A stretch of 25,156 nt of DNA from NCBI GenBank assembly GCA_051453625.1, contig JBOZIK010000001.1:2556622-2581777 (forward strand). The letters run 5' to 3'. The translations under genes and the position numbers were made by a program. The notes below the pieces were generated by a model. It had not been told where the DNA came from and made no database searches. It saw only the letters and a program-made list of their open reading frames with translations. Of this stretch, positions 11,261 through 23,179 are shown piece by piece (the stretch's first letter is position 1; the number at the start of each line of letters is the position of its first letter). The stretch comes from Welwitschia mirabilis. Taxonomy: Eukaryota.

Positions 11261-11640
11261 AGGCAGGATGATTGATTGAATCTTTCATTTGATTAACTAG
11301 ATCTAGTCGATCGATTATAGTTTAACCTAGTCACATAGTCTTTTTAGATTAAACTTGAATCTAGTCAAGTTGACTGGTCTGAAGACACAGTCAACTACAC
11401 TTAGAAGTATTATGATCCAAATCTCATTTGGTTGACCCAATAATAACCTATTTGATTAGACTTATGGGGTTACAATGCATATGTTAAGGCAGTGAACCCA
11501 GTATTTTTCTTAAATCTGACCTATTCATACTTCTTTGTAAAATCTTGTGGAGCCCTAACCTTTTTTATTCATACCTGTTCATCTATTTCCTTTATATCTA
11601 ACTATCTTTCTCAAATTTTCTTATCTTCAGGAAGTACCAC

Positions 11641-12684
11641 ATGCTTTCAATGCTAGAGGGTCCCTTAAGAAGGCATCAAAAAAAGCTAGTAAGTAAAAAC
11701 CTAGGGTATTTTTACTCTGAAATGTCTGATGAAGTCTTATAGATAGTTTCTCAGAAAAGTTGAGAAGAGCCCTATCTCCCAGGAAAGGCTTATCATTTAT
11801 AGAGAGCTAATAAAACTTATATATGTGGTGAGGCTCTTAAATGAGCTTGATTTATCCTACTTTCTTGATGTCTTAGCATCAGCCTACCCTTTTCTCATTA
11901 GAATGTTTTACTGTAATTCCTCTTTTGATGTTGACTCTTTTACCCTAATAATCCTTATTTATGAGAGGATAATTAGGGTTACTATAGATCTCACTAACTT
12001 CCTTACAAATATTCCTAGAGAAGATTATGAGGAGTTTTAGCCCTTGTGTGATTTCATGGAGGAAAAGACAGAGGTCATCAGGGAGCTCTGTGGTAAGTTT
12101 CATTGGTGGAAAAGTATCCTCTCCACCTTCTACCTTATCCCAAATTACCACTTTTTGCATTTTATCTTTAGTTATAATTTCTTAAATTTGGTGGATAATT
12201 GTGATAAGACCTACAACTATAGAGCTTATTTGTTGTATTTGATGGGAACTAGGCATTCTATTGATGTTTTTCCATTATGCTAAAAAACATGGTCTCTCAG
12301 TTGGAGTATTATAAGACTAGTGCTCTTATTTATTTTATTTTAATTACTAATATTTGTCATTATTTTAGAGTCTAGTTACACTAAAAATTATAAACCTTAA
12401 TTCCTATTTCAGCCATTAGGCCTGCAACATTATCCCACATGCATATTTTTGCTAGATCCAAAAAATATTTTAAGACTCCTTATCCCCAGAAAGCCTCTCC
12501 TAAAGAGACTCTTTTATATCTAAAGAGGTTGGATTCTCATATAAGGCACATGAAACAAGCTCTGATCACAACAAGGTATGAGATAGTGGACACCTCTGAG
12601 GAAGCCAGTAGCTTAGCACAAAAGGCAACTGAAGAAGAAGAGGAAGCAGAAGACCAAGATTATGAAGAAGAAGAATCTAATTGA
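11641..12684 (+). pseudogene. Extra env-like ORF downstream of pol (putative plant transposon protein / Transposase_32-like), disrupted
   Basis: One frame 11747-12283 (internal TAG 12038) reads ..PISQERLII..LLNELDLSYFL..AYPFLIRMFYCN..IRVT..LTNIP..YHFLHFIFSYNFL..RAYLLYLM..ID. It is followed by LITNICHYFRV and a frameshifted acidic tail (12439-12684, EEEEEAEDQDYEEEESN*). Start codon uncertain. Confidence 0.75.
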
Positions 12685-12740
12685 GTTATTATCTTCTTTG
12701 ATTATTTTCGGTTGTGCTTGCTATTTATCAGTTTTCTCTT

Positions 12741-12770
12741 CTTTGTCACTAATGTCAAAAGGGGGAGAAA
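12741..12770 (+). promoter_or_regulatory. Distal (upstream) polypurine tract
   Basis: ctttgtcactaatgtcaaaagggggagaaa, ~420 bp upstream of the 3' LTR. A further ggggag lies at 13128-13133. Confidence 0.8.
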
Positions 12771-13164
12771 TAGTAGTTGTATTTTTAGCTTTTATGAAGT
12801 AGTATCAGATGTTTCTTAGTAGTACTTATTAGTTTCTATTAGTTTTAATTACTCTTATGAGTACCTTTCTATTGTACTACTTAATATTAAGTAATAGAAA
12901 TGCATTTGGTATCATTTTTATCTTGTTATTTTCATTACATCTATTAATAAATATTAAATATCTCATGAACCATGATTTTATCACATCAATAAAATAATAT
13001 TACATGTATCATGAACTGTACTTCAAATTGTTTATATTTATTGCTCTTATTAGAAACTCTTTATGAATGCTAAATTTTATATACATTGCTCAATAATGTT
13101 TTGCAAATTTAATGGGTATTTTTTGATGGGGAGTTTTTCTAATTAATATTTTTAACTAAGTATA

Positions 13165-13192
13165 GTTTACCATCAATGACAAAGGAAAAGAT
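13165..13192 (+). promoter_or_regulatory. Proximal polypurine tract (decayed)
   Basis: gtttaccatcaatgacaaaggaaaagat abuts the 3' LTR; reads as a G>A-decayed AAAGGGGGAGAT. Confidence 0.85.
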
Positions 13193-14476
13193 TATTAAGT
13201 TAAAATTTGCCAAGTTGATGTCAAACTAACATTTTCTACTTTAGCAAAATGTATTATATCCTTTGCTAAAAATATTAATCCTTGTAGGATAAAAGTAGAA
13301 ATCATTTATCATAAATGTTACTCAAACCTGATAAATTTCATACTCTCAAAGAGGTTAACCAAATCCCTAATGTATTGACTGAACCTCTATTATGAAGTGT
13401 TAAATATAGATTACTAAATGGTTGACTGGATTTCTAAAAGGTTAACTGATACTGAGTAATAAATATATCACATCTAATCATCAAGGGATTGACTAGATTC
13501 CAAAGGGGTCAATTAGACCCAGAGCAAAATAATTTCATTTTTTTTATCAAGATCAATTAGATACGTGAGGGATTAATCAAACCTAGGCCATAAATGTTGT
13601 TTTGCACTTTTTATACATGGGATAAACTAGACCAAAATTCTGTTATCTAGATATGTAGTTGACTAGACCTCTAAGGGTTTGACGGGACATGAAACCATAG
13701 GAAACTTGGATTAACTAAAAGAAGATGAAAATGACCAGCTTCAATAACCACTATTGATGGGGTTGGCTGGACATTTCTAGGGGTCGATCGACTGTGACAT
13801 AAACAAGATTTTTGTAATTATTTGGACTTTTCTTTTTATCTATTGAGGAATCTATTTCACTTGTAAAATCCTAATATGTTTCTCTTGTATATTTTTTAGC
13901 CATTAAAATTCTTATACCACTTTTTGAACATCTTTTTGATGAGCTTTTAGACTATTCATTGGCATATATTCTATCTGATCAAAGACAAATAAAGATCTTT
14001 TGTTATCATTTGTACTTGGTCAATTAGTTTGCACTATACATATGTGGATTATACTATCATCTCAAGCAGTGTAGAAATATCATTATTAAGATTTATATTT
14101 GGTGGAACCTATGCATTACATCACACCATGGTCATTAAATAACATTCTCTCTAAAGGTTGAGATTAATCCTTAGAAAAGTCTAATTATAAAAGATTATAA
14201 TTGAATCTAAAATATCTAGAAAGCAATTAATAACTATCTAGATTAGGATTGGGTAGAAGATGATCATCGAGAGTGAAGTAAGGGGTTTCTTGAATCATTA
14301 TAGATAATGTGTCTCACTGAATTAGTATTTTGTTCTTTCAGTTATTTTTATTTTAGATTAAATTTTGCATTTCATATGCACAAATATCTTTTAGTTTTTA
14401 ATATTATAAAGATAGATTTTAAAGTTATTTATTTTTTAAATCTTATTAACCCCCCTTTAGGGTCCTATATCCTTAA
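13193..14476 (+). repeat. 3' LTR of the SIRE-like element (1284 bp)
   Basis: Starts tattaagttaaaatttgccaagttgatgtcaaactaac and ends gggtcctatatccttaa, followed by the TSD. Contains the homologous motif array at ~13351-13793 (e.g. ggggtcgatcgact). Confidence 0.93.
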
Positions 14477-14481
14477 GAAAG
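14477..14481 (+). repeat. Right 5-bp target-site duplication GAAAG
   Basis: Identical to 5224-5228. Confidence 0.9.
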
Positions 14482-14543
14482 ATACATATAACATCATACA
14501 GATAGATAGAAAAATGTGTATTTACAAGAGCGTGAGAGAGAAG

Positions 14544-14544
<1 letters not shown>

Positions 14545-14598
<54 letters not shown>
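14545..14598. repeat. Compound microsatellite (TA)13(GA)14
   Basis: Read directly from the sequence; lies just before a gap. Confidence 0.97.
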
Positions 14599-14602
<4 letters not shown>

Positions 14603-14616
14603 GGGAGGAGGAAGTT

Positions 14617-14658
14617 NNNNNNNNNNNNNNNNNNNNNNNNNNNNNNNNNNNNNNNNNN
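14617..14658. other. Assembly gap (42 N)
   Basis: Run of N. Confidence 1.
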
Positions 14659-15960
14659 TTTAATTTTATAGAGAAACTTATAAAATATGAATCTAGATAA
14701 GTGTGAGAATGGCATGGACTATGGGATCATTAAGTTTTTCTTCTATCTTTTTCTTGGCCCTTAGTAATTCCTTCTTCATCATGATTTATACTTCTACGAT
14801 ACATCCTATAAGAAACTATCATATTTAAAATATGAATTTTTTAGTGGTTAAATAAACTCCTGAGATTGTTAAGAAGATAGCATGGAAGAAAGAAATGAAG
14901 GAAAAATCATCTAAGAACAAGTGAACTACCTAGAGGAAGTGGCTTTATTAGAAGGATAATGTAATGAGTAAGAAATATTAGGTTGTTAATCAAGTATTAA
15001 GCATTATTTTATCTATCTAATATCTCCATTTATAACCTTAAGGATGTAGATAGAATCATAGATTAAAGGATCTATACCTACTTTTTCCACTTTTATAATA
15101 ACAATATTAGTGATGAGGTAAGATAAGAATTATGTATTGGTTTTTCTAATAGCCTCTATCAGCTTATTCATAATAAATAAACACATATTATCTTGAGTTC
15201 TAAGGGGTATGATTCTCATGAGATGAATACAAATTTTATAGGTCTTATGACATGGTATTATTATCAACATTATTAATGATAAATCTAAATTATTCTAACT
15301 AGTTTGTAAATATATCATTCACTTGAATAAGAGGTCTATCAAAGTTATTCTATATTACTAGCTATTAATTCCTATATCATATTAGAAAAATAAACACAAG
15401 AGGTATTAATCATACTAATCATACTAGAGATAAAGTTGAAATATATGAAAAGATTTACTCCATTCACCCTCATGATGATGATAAAATAATTAATTATGAT
15501 ATACTTCTCCTAGAACTGTTACACTAATTTGAATATGTAATAAACGTTTTGGGCATTTATTCAAAGGAGACAACTCCATTCATAATCAATCATAAAACCT
15601 AAGAAAACTATTACATACATATCTAATAATATTTTTACATTTTTTCAAAAGCTTAATAATTGATTTTGGCATGATTATAAACTAGAATTTGTAGAGAAAT
15701 GGCTTGAAAAAGTAAGAAAGTCATACTATATTTTCATCATGATAGGAAACTAGTAGGCTATACCATAGTGATAAAATAGTTTACATGGTAATCTAGTGGT
15801 CAATGGAATTAGGCTTCTTTAAAGGTTTTGATAGGTTTTAAAACACTTAAACCTAATTTAAGAGCTTTCAAATCATAAAGATGAGACCCTTATGGTAACT
15901 TCTAGGTTTTATACTATAGAAAACCTAATGAAAATGTGAACTTTTGGAGTTTTAAGATTT

Positions 15961-16195
15961 TAGTTTTTATGTAATCCTTCATTTCATTTTATAAATTTAC
16001 TAATATCTTGCTATTCATTAAATTATTAGAGATTAATCACAAACTTCTAATAAATCCTTATATCTAGTCTTAATCATTAGTTTTTATATAATCCTTGATT
16101 TCATTTTTATAAATTTACTAATATCTTGCTATTCATTAAATGATTAGAGATTAATCTCAAACTTCTAATAAATCCTTATACCTAGTCCTAATTAT
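15961..16195. repeat. 117/118-bp tandem duplication
   Basis: 15961-16077 vs 16078-16195; 7 substitutions plus a 1-nt indel by hand. Confidence 0.95.
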
Positions 16196-18110
16196 TGAAG
16201 TAAGATGTTTATCACTAAGGCAAGATTCTACATTTCTAAATAAGAAAGGGTAACTTAATGCATAAAATAAAATAAACTAAAAGGAACACATGATTTCTTA
16301 TCTTAATAAACTTAGACAACTTTACATATTAGAAGCCTATCATGGCTAAGATTTTAAACTAGTTATAATAAGATATTAATCTTAATTCCTAATATATCTC
16401 ATAATGTTTTGGTTATGTTGCACTCCTAAGTCCATCTTTGACACAAAAAACTAGTTTATTCAAGGGCATGAGAACAACCATCTTGCATATAAACTTATGT
16501 TCATATCATTAATACATTATGTATACTCAAAAAAAGCCATTGTTTTTCTTACATAATGCATTAGCACTCTGAGATGGAATAAATATATTTATTTCTTTTA
16601 TTATTATTTTCCTATTAAATAATAATAATCGTGATGCCTTTTAGGATTCAGTGGCCTTATATAAATAGATTTAACTAGTTACATACCTTTTTAGATTAAG
16701 CAACATAATGTAGTTTACCCTTTTCTTTTCTTTTCTTTTCTTTTTAAACTTAATCATGAATTTTTTAAATTAGATATCTACTTTTGAATTTTGATATTTA
16801 ACTTTTTTGTTGGATTGTTCCTTTTATGTTGATTGATCTTTTTCTAGAGCTAGTCTTTTGAACCTTTGAGGTCTACATTTTTAATATATATATATATTTT
16901 TTTTTCTATCTTAATAAATGATAACAAATGATGAAGAGGAATAATGTCATCATTTCTTATATATCTAAATTCTAATACTTTATTTCTTTACTATCACATC
17001 AAATGATATATAATCGACATAGTGACAAGGTAAATCCATTGAATACATAACATAAAAAAATGAGAGTTTACATTAAGCTAGTATGTAAGCAGAATGTTAG
17101 TTAGCCCAATTAGTTTTGAATTAGTTAAGCAGTGGAAGGAATCTAACATATTAACATCTTATAATTGAACTAGATGAATCATGTATTAATCATAAGTCTA
17201 TATCGTAGCCTAGATAAATCCTAATGCTTTACCACATCAAAAATCATTTATTATATAAGATGGATTTTTAACTTTTTTTTCATAAACCTTTTTATTTTCT
17301 ATTTTTTTAAGGTTAATTAATATGTAGTTCTAGTTCAAGGAGCTATGGTTCAAGTCATGGCCTATTTATATAGTGGATGAAATCTTTCAAGTATTTAACC
17401 ATTAGATTTGGCTTATCGTTAGAACTCAGAATCTTGACAATACCATGAGAAAATACCTTTAAGGTTCAAACAAACTAGTCCATCTAACTGTAACATTTCT
17501 AAGAAATTTCTATAATTTAGATTGATAAAGTAAAACCAAATCATTAGATTTAGAGTTTTTCTTAAGTATATGCTTAGCATGGAAGGCTTTTATTCTTTCT
17601 TTATAATTTTTATGTTTTCATATGCTTCATTTCAAATTTCTTTTAATTAATTTATGCTTAATTTACTATGACTTTTAACTGTTTCAAATTGCAAATAAGG
17701 GATTTCATCATCCAATATGTCTTATAATTTAACTAGTAGGTAATAGGAATTTTTAAATATCAATCTATAAGGGAACATTTCTAAAGACATTATATGAGAA
17801 GTTATATATGCTCAAAGTGCATCAGTAAGCTTTAATGACTAGTCTTTTTTATTTCTTTAAATACTTTTTTCAAATACAAATTAAAAATCTTTATTAACTC
17901 TTTCAACTAAGTCATTTATTTTTTAGTGATAAGGGGTAGATACTCTATGGGTTAATTATTTTTCTAGGGTTTGGTTGCAATAAATGGATATTTCCATCAC
18001 TAATAAGATATTTTCATGAAGAAAGGTCACAATATTTTTATCATGATCTTTCTTATAAGGATAAGCTTCTATTCATTTAGTAACTTGATTATCACATTTT
18101 AGGATATATT

Positions 18111-18246
18111 AATAAACAAATAAAGGTGAATAAGAGCTTTAAAAATCTATGTTCCATACATCTAAGGGTTCAACTATCAATAAACAAACGAAGGTGAATA
18201 AGAGTTTTAAAAATCTATGCCCCATACATCTAATGGTTAAACTATC
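18111..18246. repeat. 68-bp tandem duplication
   Basis: aataaacaaataaaggtgaataagagc...caactatc (18111-18178) vs aataaacaaacgaaggtgaataagagt...aaactatc (18179-18246). Confidence 0.93.
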
Positions 18247-20163
18247 ATAACTAGATCAAGAGATGTTATATCTCTCCTCCATCTACTACCTAATTTCTAA
18301 TAGTTTTCATAGGTTTTAGAGTATAAGATGAAATCTTTAAAGATGATGAACTAGAATGAATCACTTTATTATACTTTTATAGCCATTTTCGTAGTAGAAT
18401 ATTCATCTTCACTACAAGTTTATGATAGAATTCTACCCATCCATTACCTCCTCATAGGGGATATATTTTTTTAAGGATTTAATTAGCATAATACATAGAT
18501 ATAAAATATGGTTTTCAAAGGTAATACTTAACCTGTGAAATAAATCTATATCTTTCCTACTTATTAAAATTAGGAGGCAATACTTAGTTGGAAATCTAAT
18601 TAGCATAAGAAACATACTAAGAGTTTAAAGGAGATGCATAAAGTTGATCATGAAGAAAAGAATCATTAAAGGTTAGAGATGTATCATTGAGATAAAAAAG
18701 AACGTAAGAAAGATGATTAGTAATTAAGTTTTAGTTCCTTTCTTATTTTTAATTTTTTAAATTTAATCTATATAATACAAGAATTCATTTAATTTAATAA
18801 GGTTTGACTTCCTTTTTATTATAAAAGTAGAAAGGTTGAAAAAGATAATAACTTTCTAATCAAAAAGATAAGATCAAATTCTTTCTAAGATAAATATTAG
18901 TACTAGACATCTTTTTTCAATGCTATTATAGTTAAGTTAAAGAATGATATGAGATTTACTTTCATTAGATATGAGATGAGGTTTCCTATCTTTTCTTTTT
19001 CCAAAGACTACTCCTAAGAGATAATCACTTACATTACACATTTATTTAAAAAGTGAAGATCATTGTAGTAGTTGTAATACATAATTAAAAGCTAGTAACT
19101 TTTTGAAAATTTAAATAATTTTTTATATTTATTGTTCTTGCTAAAGTTAGCATTTTTATTAAGAAGTTTACACCTGGGTTGATTAATTTTACTAAAGCCT
19201 TAAGTAAATCTTCTATAATACCGAAGCTGTTCTAGAAATGTTCTTTCATATTTAACATTCTTACAGGTTGGTATTTTTTTTATTTTTTTAATTTTTATGG
19301 GGTTTTTCATTATTCTTTTAAAAGTACATATTCTAAAGTCTATCGTTATTTAGCATAAATTAGGATTTTTTCAAATTTAGAATGATCTTTTGAAAATAAC
19401 ATATCTAATTTAAGTCATTTTCTAAATCATTAAGAAATTCATTAAACCTATATCCAAAGATAGAAAAATCATTCATGAAACCTTATCCTATAAGAAAACA
19501 AATTTTTCATTACACATTATTGAAAGACAGCATGGAAATTACATAACTCTAGGGGTTTCTTTAAAATAAAATGTTCCAAAGGAACATATAAAAGTTATTT
19601 CCAATTGATCTTCATTTTTTTGAGATTTAATTAGTAAAGTGTAGTGGAAAAAGATCCTTTTTATTATTATCATTAAGTTTTTTAAAATACATGCACATTC
19701 TTGGTCCTAGAAATAGTCACATGATTACTACTTATTCATTTATTACTTTTGTTGTAATTATAGATTTCTTAGCTATGTGGTGTATAGGAATAATCCATTA
19801 ACTCTCATATATAGAATAGATACTTCTATCATTTAAGAGTTTAAGAACTTATTTTTTAACCACTTAATTAATGCTAAGGTTAACTAAGCCTTCCATTTTG
19901 GACATAGATTTATCATTTTCTTATTAATTTTATATTATGTCTACATAACCTAGGATCTATTTATTTTAATATCAGCTAGAATTTATTCTGTATCTTTGTA
20001 TATTTCTTTAAAATTTAAATAAGACGAGTTTTAGTTTTGGGCTTTAAGAAACTTGAAATAAAAATAAGATAAGTTTTATATTTATATAGGCATGAATATT
20101 TCAAAGCATAAGGAAATGATTTGAGTTCAAACCATAGAGGCATTTCTTCACTACTTAAGAGTT

Positions 20164-21391
20164 TGATAGGTTCCCTAGGAAAAGGTTAATATTTTGGTTT
20201 CAAATGAAATCTAAGGTTCTTTAGCTATTGCATTAGTGTACTTCACTAATTTCTTGATTTCTTATTCTTATCTAATACTAAAGGTGTTTTATTAGCTATG
20301 AAGGTGTTGCGCTACCAATTTATGATTATTTGATGGGGCTTTATGAGTTATTTTGTAGGAATTTTATATAGGTTTACATGCAATTCTAAGGAGTTTGGAG
20401 ATTTAATAGGAAATCTTAGAAATGTGTGATTCTTACCCAGATTTGATGTATTAAATGCACATTGTAATGCATAGAGCTTTGGAGAAGGATTATTGACAAA
20501 AATGCTAAGTTTTTCCTCAAGAAAGTGATTAAAGAAGACTGGGATCCCCTCTGTTGTCCCCATAATAGGCAAGATGACGACACTGCTGGTTGCTAACATG
20601 GACTACTGAATCATCATTCTAAGTCATCTTTTATAATGAACTATTATTACCATTATCATCCGGATGGTAGTTAGGATAACATTAACATGTAACTAACTTT
20701 GATAGTAACCCTTGACTGTTTCATCTGTTTCTAAATTGTAAATGAGCATGCCTAATCATGCCTTTTGTTTGTCTTTTTCTACTATACTTTCTTATAAATA
20801 AGTCCCTCTTTTACTCTCTTCTTCATCTTTGTTGCATTGAAAACTCTCGTAAAAGGAGATCAAAGGGCGAGATATTCATCTCAAATGTAGTAGAAAGACA
20901 TTCCTTTGGTATAGGGCTGTGTATCCTCCATTGAAGTTTGGCTATTTTTGTAACCTAGATGTTGTTACTCTTCTTAATACAAAAACCTTATTTTATTTTC
21001 ATGTTTGCATGTTAGTTTCTTTGATGACCCTTATAGTCTCTATTGTCCTTGATCTAGTGACAATTTCTTGGATGATATAGATTATCAAGGAAAGCCTTTA
21101 TTAAGGCTAAAAGAAAGTAGTATTAGTTTCATTTTTCCATTGCATGTTAGATTAGGCTGTAACTTGCATCTACATTGTACCTTTTATTTCTTGCATTGTT
21201 CTTTATTTCTAGTTCTTGTATTTCTTTTGCAAAGCAATTCGAGTCTTGTCTTATAGTCTTCAACATGAATATGACATTTTGGATCTACTCCCACTCATAC
21301 TAGTGTGTTGTATTATGTGAGATATCTATTTATTTTATGAATGACAGAATCCTTTTAAACCTAAGTAGTTGGATAAATACACACCATAACA
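20164..21391 (+). repeat. 5' LTR of Athila-like copy A (3' end firm, 5' end tentative)
   Basis: Ends in CA at 21390-21391 before the PBS. A TATA-like tataaata lies at 20793, followed by a CT-rich tract. The candidate TG start at 20164 cannot be confirmed because no partner LTR is in the window. Confidence 0.6.
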
Positions 21392-21394
21392 AAT

Positions 21395-21412
21395 TGGTGC
21401 CACTGCTGGAAA
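21395..21412 (+). promoter_or_regulatory. Primer-binding site, Athila tRNA-Asp type (decayed)
   Basis: tggtgccactgctggaaa. With copy B (tggcggcattaccaggga) it nearly reconstructs TGGCGCCGTTGCCGGGGA. Confidence 0.8.
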
Positions 21413-21577
21413 GGCTATTTAGGAGAACAAGGGTTATCATCATTTACATGAGTATATTGGATATTTGTTCAGTTATTTATCTAAAGCAATGTTGTATTTT
21501 ATTAGGAATTATAAGTTTTCTGTGTGTATATTTTCAATTTTAGTTTTTTCAGTTTTAATTTCTATAGAAAAATAGCG

Positions 21578-21835
21578 GTCATCCCCTCTATTATTCCCAT
21601 AATAGACAAGATGACAATGTGTGATTTTTATTTTTAGTTTTTTTATTTTTCTATAATAAAATTAATTTTTTTCATCTTCACTAACATCTAGATGATAAGG
21701 TAAATGACAATTCTATTTCCTGAGTTTTCTTCTTCCTAAACTTTTTGCTTTCTGTTATGGTTTCTATTCTGTTTCTATTTTTTTTATTTTTGTGTGTATC
21801 ATTTCTTCTATTGTTCCCATGATAGATAGGATGAC
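21578..21835 (+). repeat. Three ~38-bp hairpin motifs in the copy A leader
   Basis: 21578-21615 (gtcatc ccc tctattat tccc ataataga caa gatgac), 21671-21708 and 21798-21835. Related copies lie in the LTR (20541-20578, 20644-20680). Confidence 0.8.
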
Positions 21836-21893
21836 AGTCTATTATTTTTTAATCTTTTTTTTTTGTTATTTGCTATTTGCAGGATGCTATAAT

Positions 21894-22974
21894 ATGGTCA
21901 ATATTGAGAAGAAATATTAAAGTGAAAGGTTGCTAATAGATAAGAACATTAAAGAAGGATTGGTAGACATAGAATACAAATCAAAAAAACAATCTCTAGA
22001 TGCACTTAACCCTCCTTCTGAATTTATTTTTTTTGAGTTAGATTTCCTTAATGAAAATCCCATAGAAGGAGAAAAATAGCTTACAATGTCAAGTACCTCC
22101 CATAAGCAAAAATAAGCCATAGAATTTTCTACCCCTAATGAAAACCTTACCCTTAGAGAATTGTTAGCCAATAAAAAAAGAGAGATTCAAACACCTTTTG
22201 ACCTACCCTCAAGATATGATGTTGAACTTAAAAACCTAAATGCCTATTTAACTTTTAATTAAAAAATGATGAGGATCCCCTTCAATACATTATAAACATT
22301 GAACGACTAATTCTTACATTAGGAAATGGAAATAAAAAACTTAGTAATAAAAAATACATGATAATATTTTCCATGACATTAAGAGGTAGAGCAAGACTTT
22401 GGTGAAAAACTATTCCCCACAAAAGCTTAAAAACATGAGATTAAGTCTAAAAAACCTTCATAAAGATATTTATGAGTGAGAAAATCATGAGAAAAATTAA
22501 AAAGAAATAACAAACTTTCAAAAAAAACCAAACAAAGACTATGCCTCCACATATGAGCATGTCTTTGTAGCCTATCATTCTAATCCAGTAGATGCTTTTT
22601 CACTAACAGAACTAATAAATGACTTTAATAGTGGGCTAACTCTACATACAAAATAACTTGTAGATTTTTCTTATGGAGGAAACCTCATAAACCTTATATT
22701 AGATCATGCCTAGACAAAGTTAAAAGAACTTATGGAGGTTAGTTAGACTTGGTTAACTCCTAAAAAAAATTCAACTAGAGGCCAACTCGTCAAAGACTTA
22801 AAAGAGATTAAACAATAAAAAGAGGTAGAATCTAATCCTAAAAATTCCATAAGAGATTTTACAACCACCTTGAAGAAGTATGCAAAAATGATCTTAAATG
22901 TCAAATCCACAATCGAAAGAAATGTTATGCAAACTTGTGATTTATATGAGGATAATTATCATGTCACCAAAAAC
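21894..22974 (+). pseudogene. gag: Gypsy (Athila-like) gag remnant, copy A
   Basis: LTLRELLA..; DEDPLQYI; IFSMTLRGRARLW*KTIPHKSLKT*D*V*KTFIKIF (Retrotrans_gag core); FNSGLTLHTK*LVDFSYGGNL; TCDLYEDNYHVTKN. Start codon tentative. Confidence 0.82.
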
Positions 22975-23074
22975 NNNNNNNNNNNNNNNNNNNNNNNNNN
23001 NNNNNNNNNNNNNNNNNNNNNNNNNNNNNNNNNNNNNNNNNNNNNNNNNNNNNNNNNNNNNNNNNNNNNNNNNN
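22975..23074. other. Assembly gap (exactly 100 N, probably unknown size)
   Basis: Run of N. Confidence 1.
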
Positions 23075-23161
23075 TTGTATTATGTGAGATATCTATTTAT
23101 TTTATGAATGACAGAATTCTTTTGAACTTAAGCACTTGCATAAATACACACTATAACAAAT

Positions 23162-23179
23162 TGGCGGCATTACCAGGGA
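23162..23179 (+). promoter_or_regulatory. Primer-binding site, copy B
   Basis: tggcggcattaccaggga, 3 nt after the LTR-terminal CA at 23157-23158. Confidence 0.8.

Larger units (their letters stand above)
5229..14476 (+). mobile_element. Full-length degenerate Ty1/copia LTR retrotransposon, SIRE/Maximus (Sirevirus) lineage, 9248 bp
   Basis: Paired LTRs, matching 5-bp TSD, tRNA-iMet PBS and copia domain order PR-INT-RT-RH. Sirevirus traits: long gag with two CCHC knuckles, extra ORF after pol, more than one PPT (AAAAGGGGGAGA type), C-tract (ctattcaacccccc) near the LTR 3' end, and repeated palindromic motifs in the LTR. Confidence 0.95.
20164..22974 (+). mobile_element. Athila-like Ty3/gypsy LTR retrotransposon, 5' portion (copy A), truncated by the gap
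   Basis: LTR ending ...ccataaCA, then aat and a PBS resembling TGGCGCCGTTGCCGGGGA, a T-rich leader and a Retrotrans_gag-type coding remnant. The left boundary (TGATAGG at 20164) is tentative. Confidence 0.8.

Noticed and set aside
14307..14715. ORFs 14307-14663 (+) and 14494-14715 (-)
   Set aside because: Open only because they cross a microsatellite and an N gap.
19441..19581. Frame reading IKPISKDRKIIHETLSY...YITLGVSLK*NVPK, faintly PMD-like
   Set aside because: Too few matching residues; would need a significant profile hit.
14659..20160. Long unassigned AT-rich stretch possibly hiding exons or a DNA transposon
   Set aside because: No terminal inverted repeats, TSDs, coherent exon chain or recognisable domain found by eye; a repeat-library search is needed.
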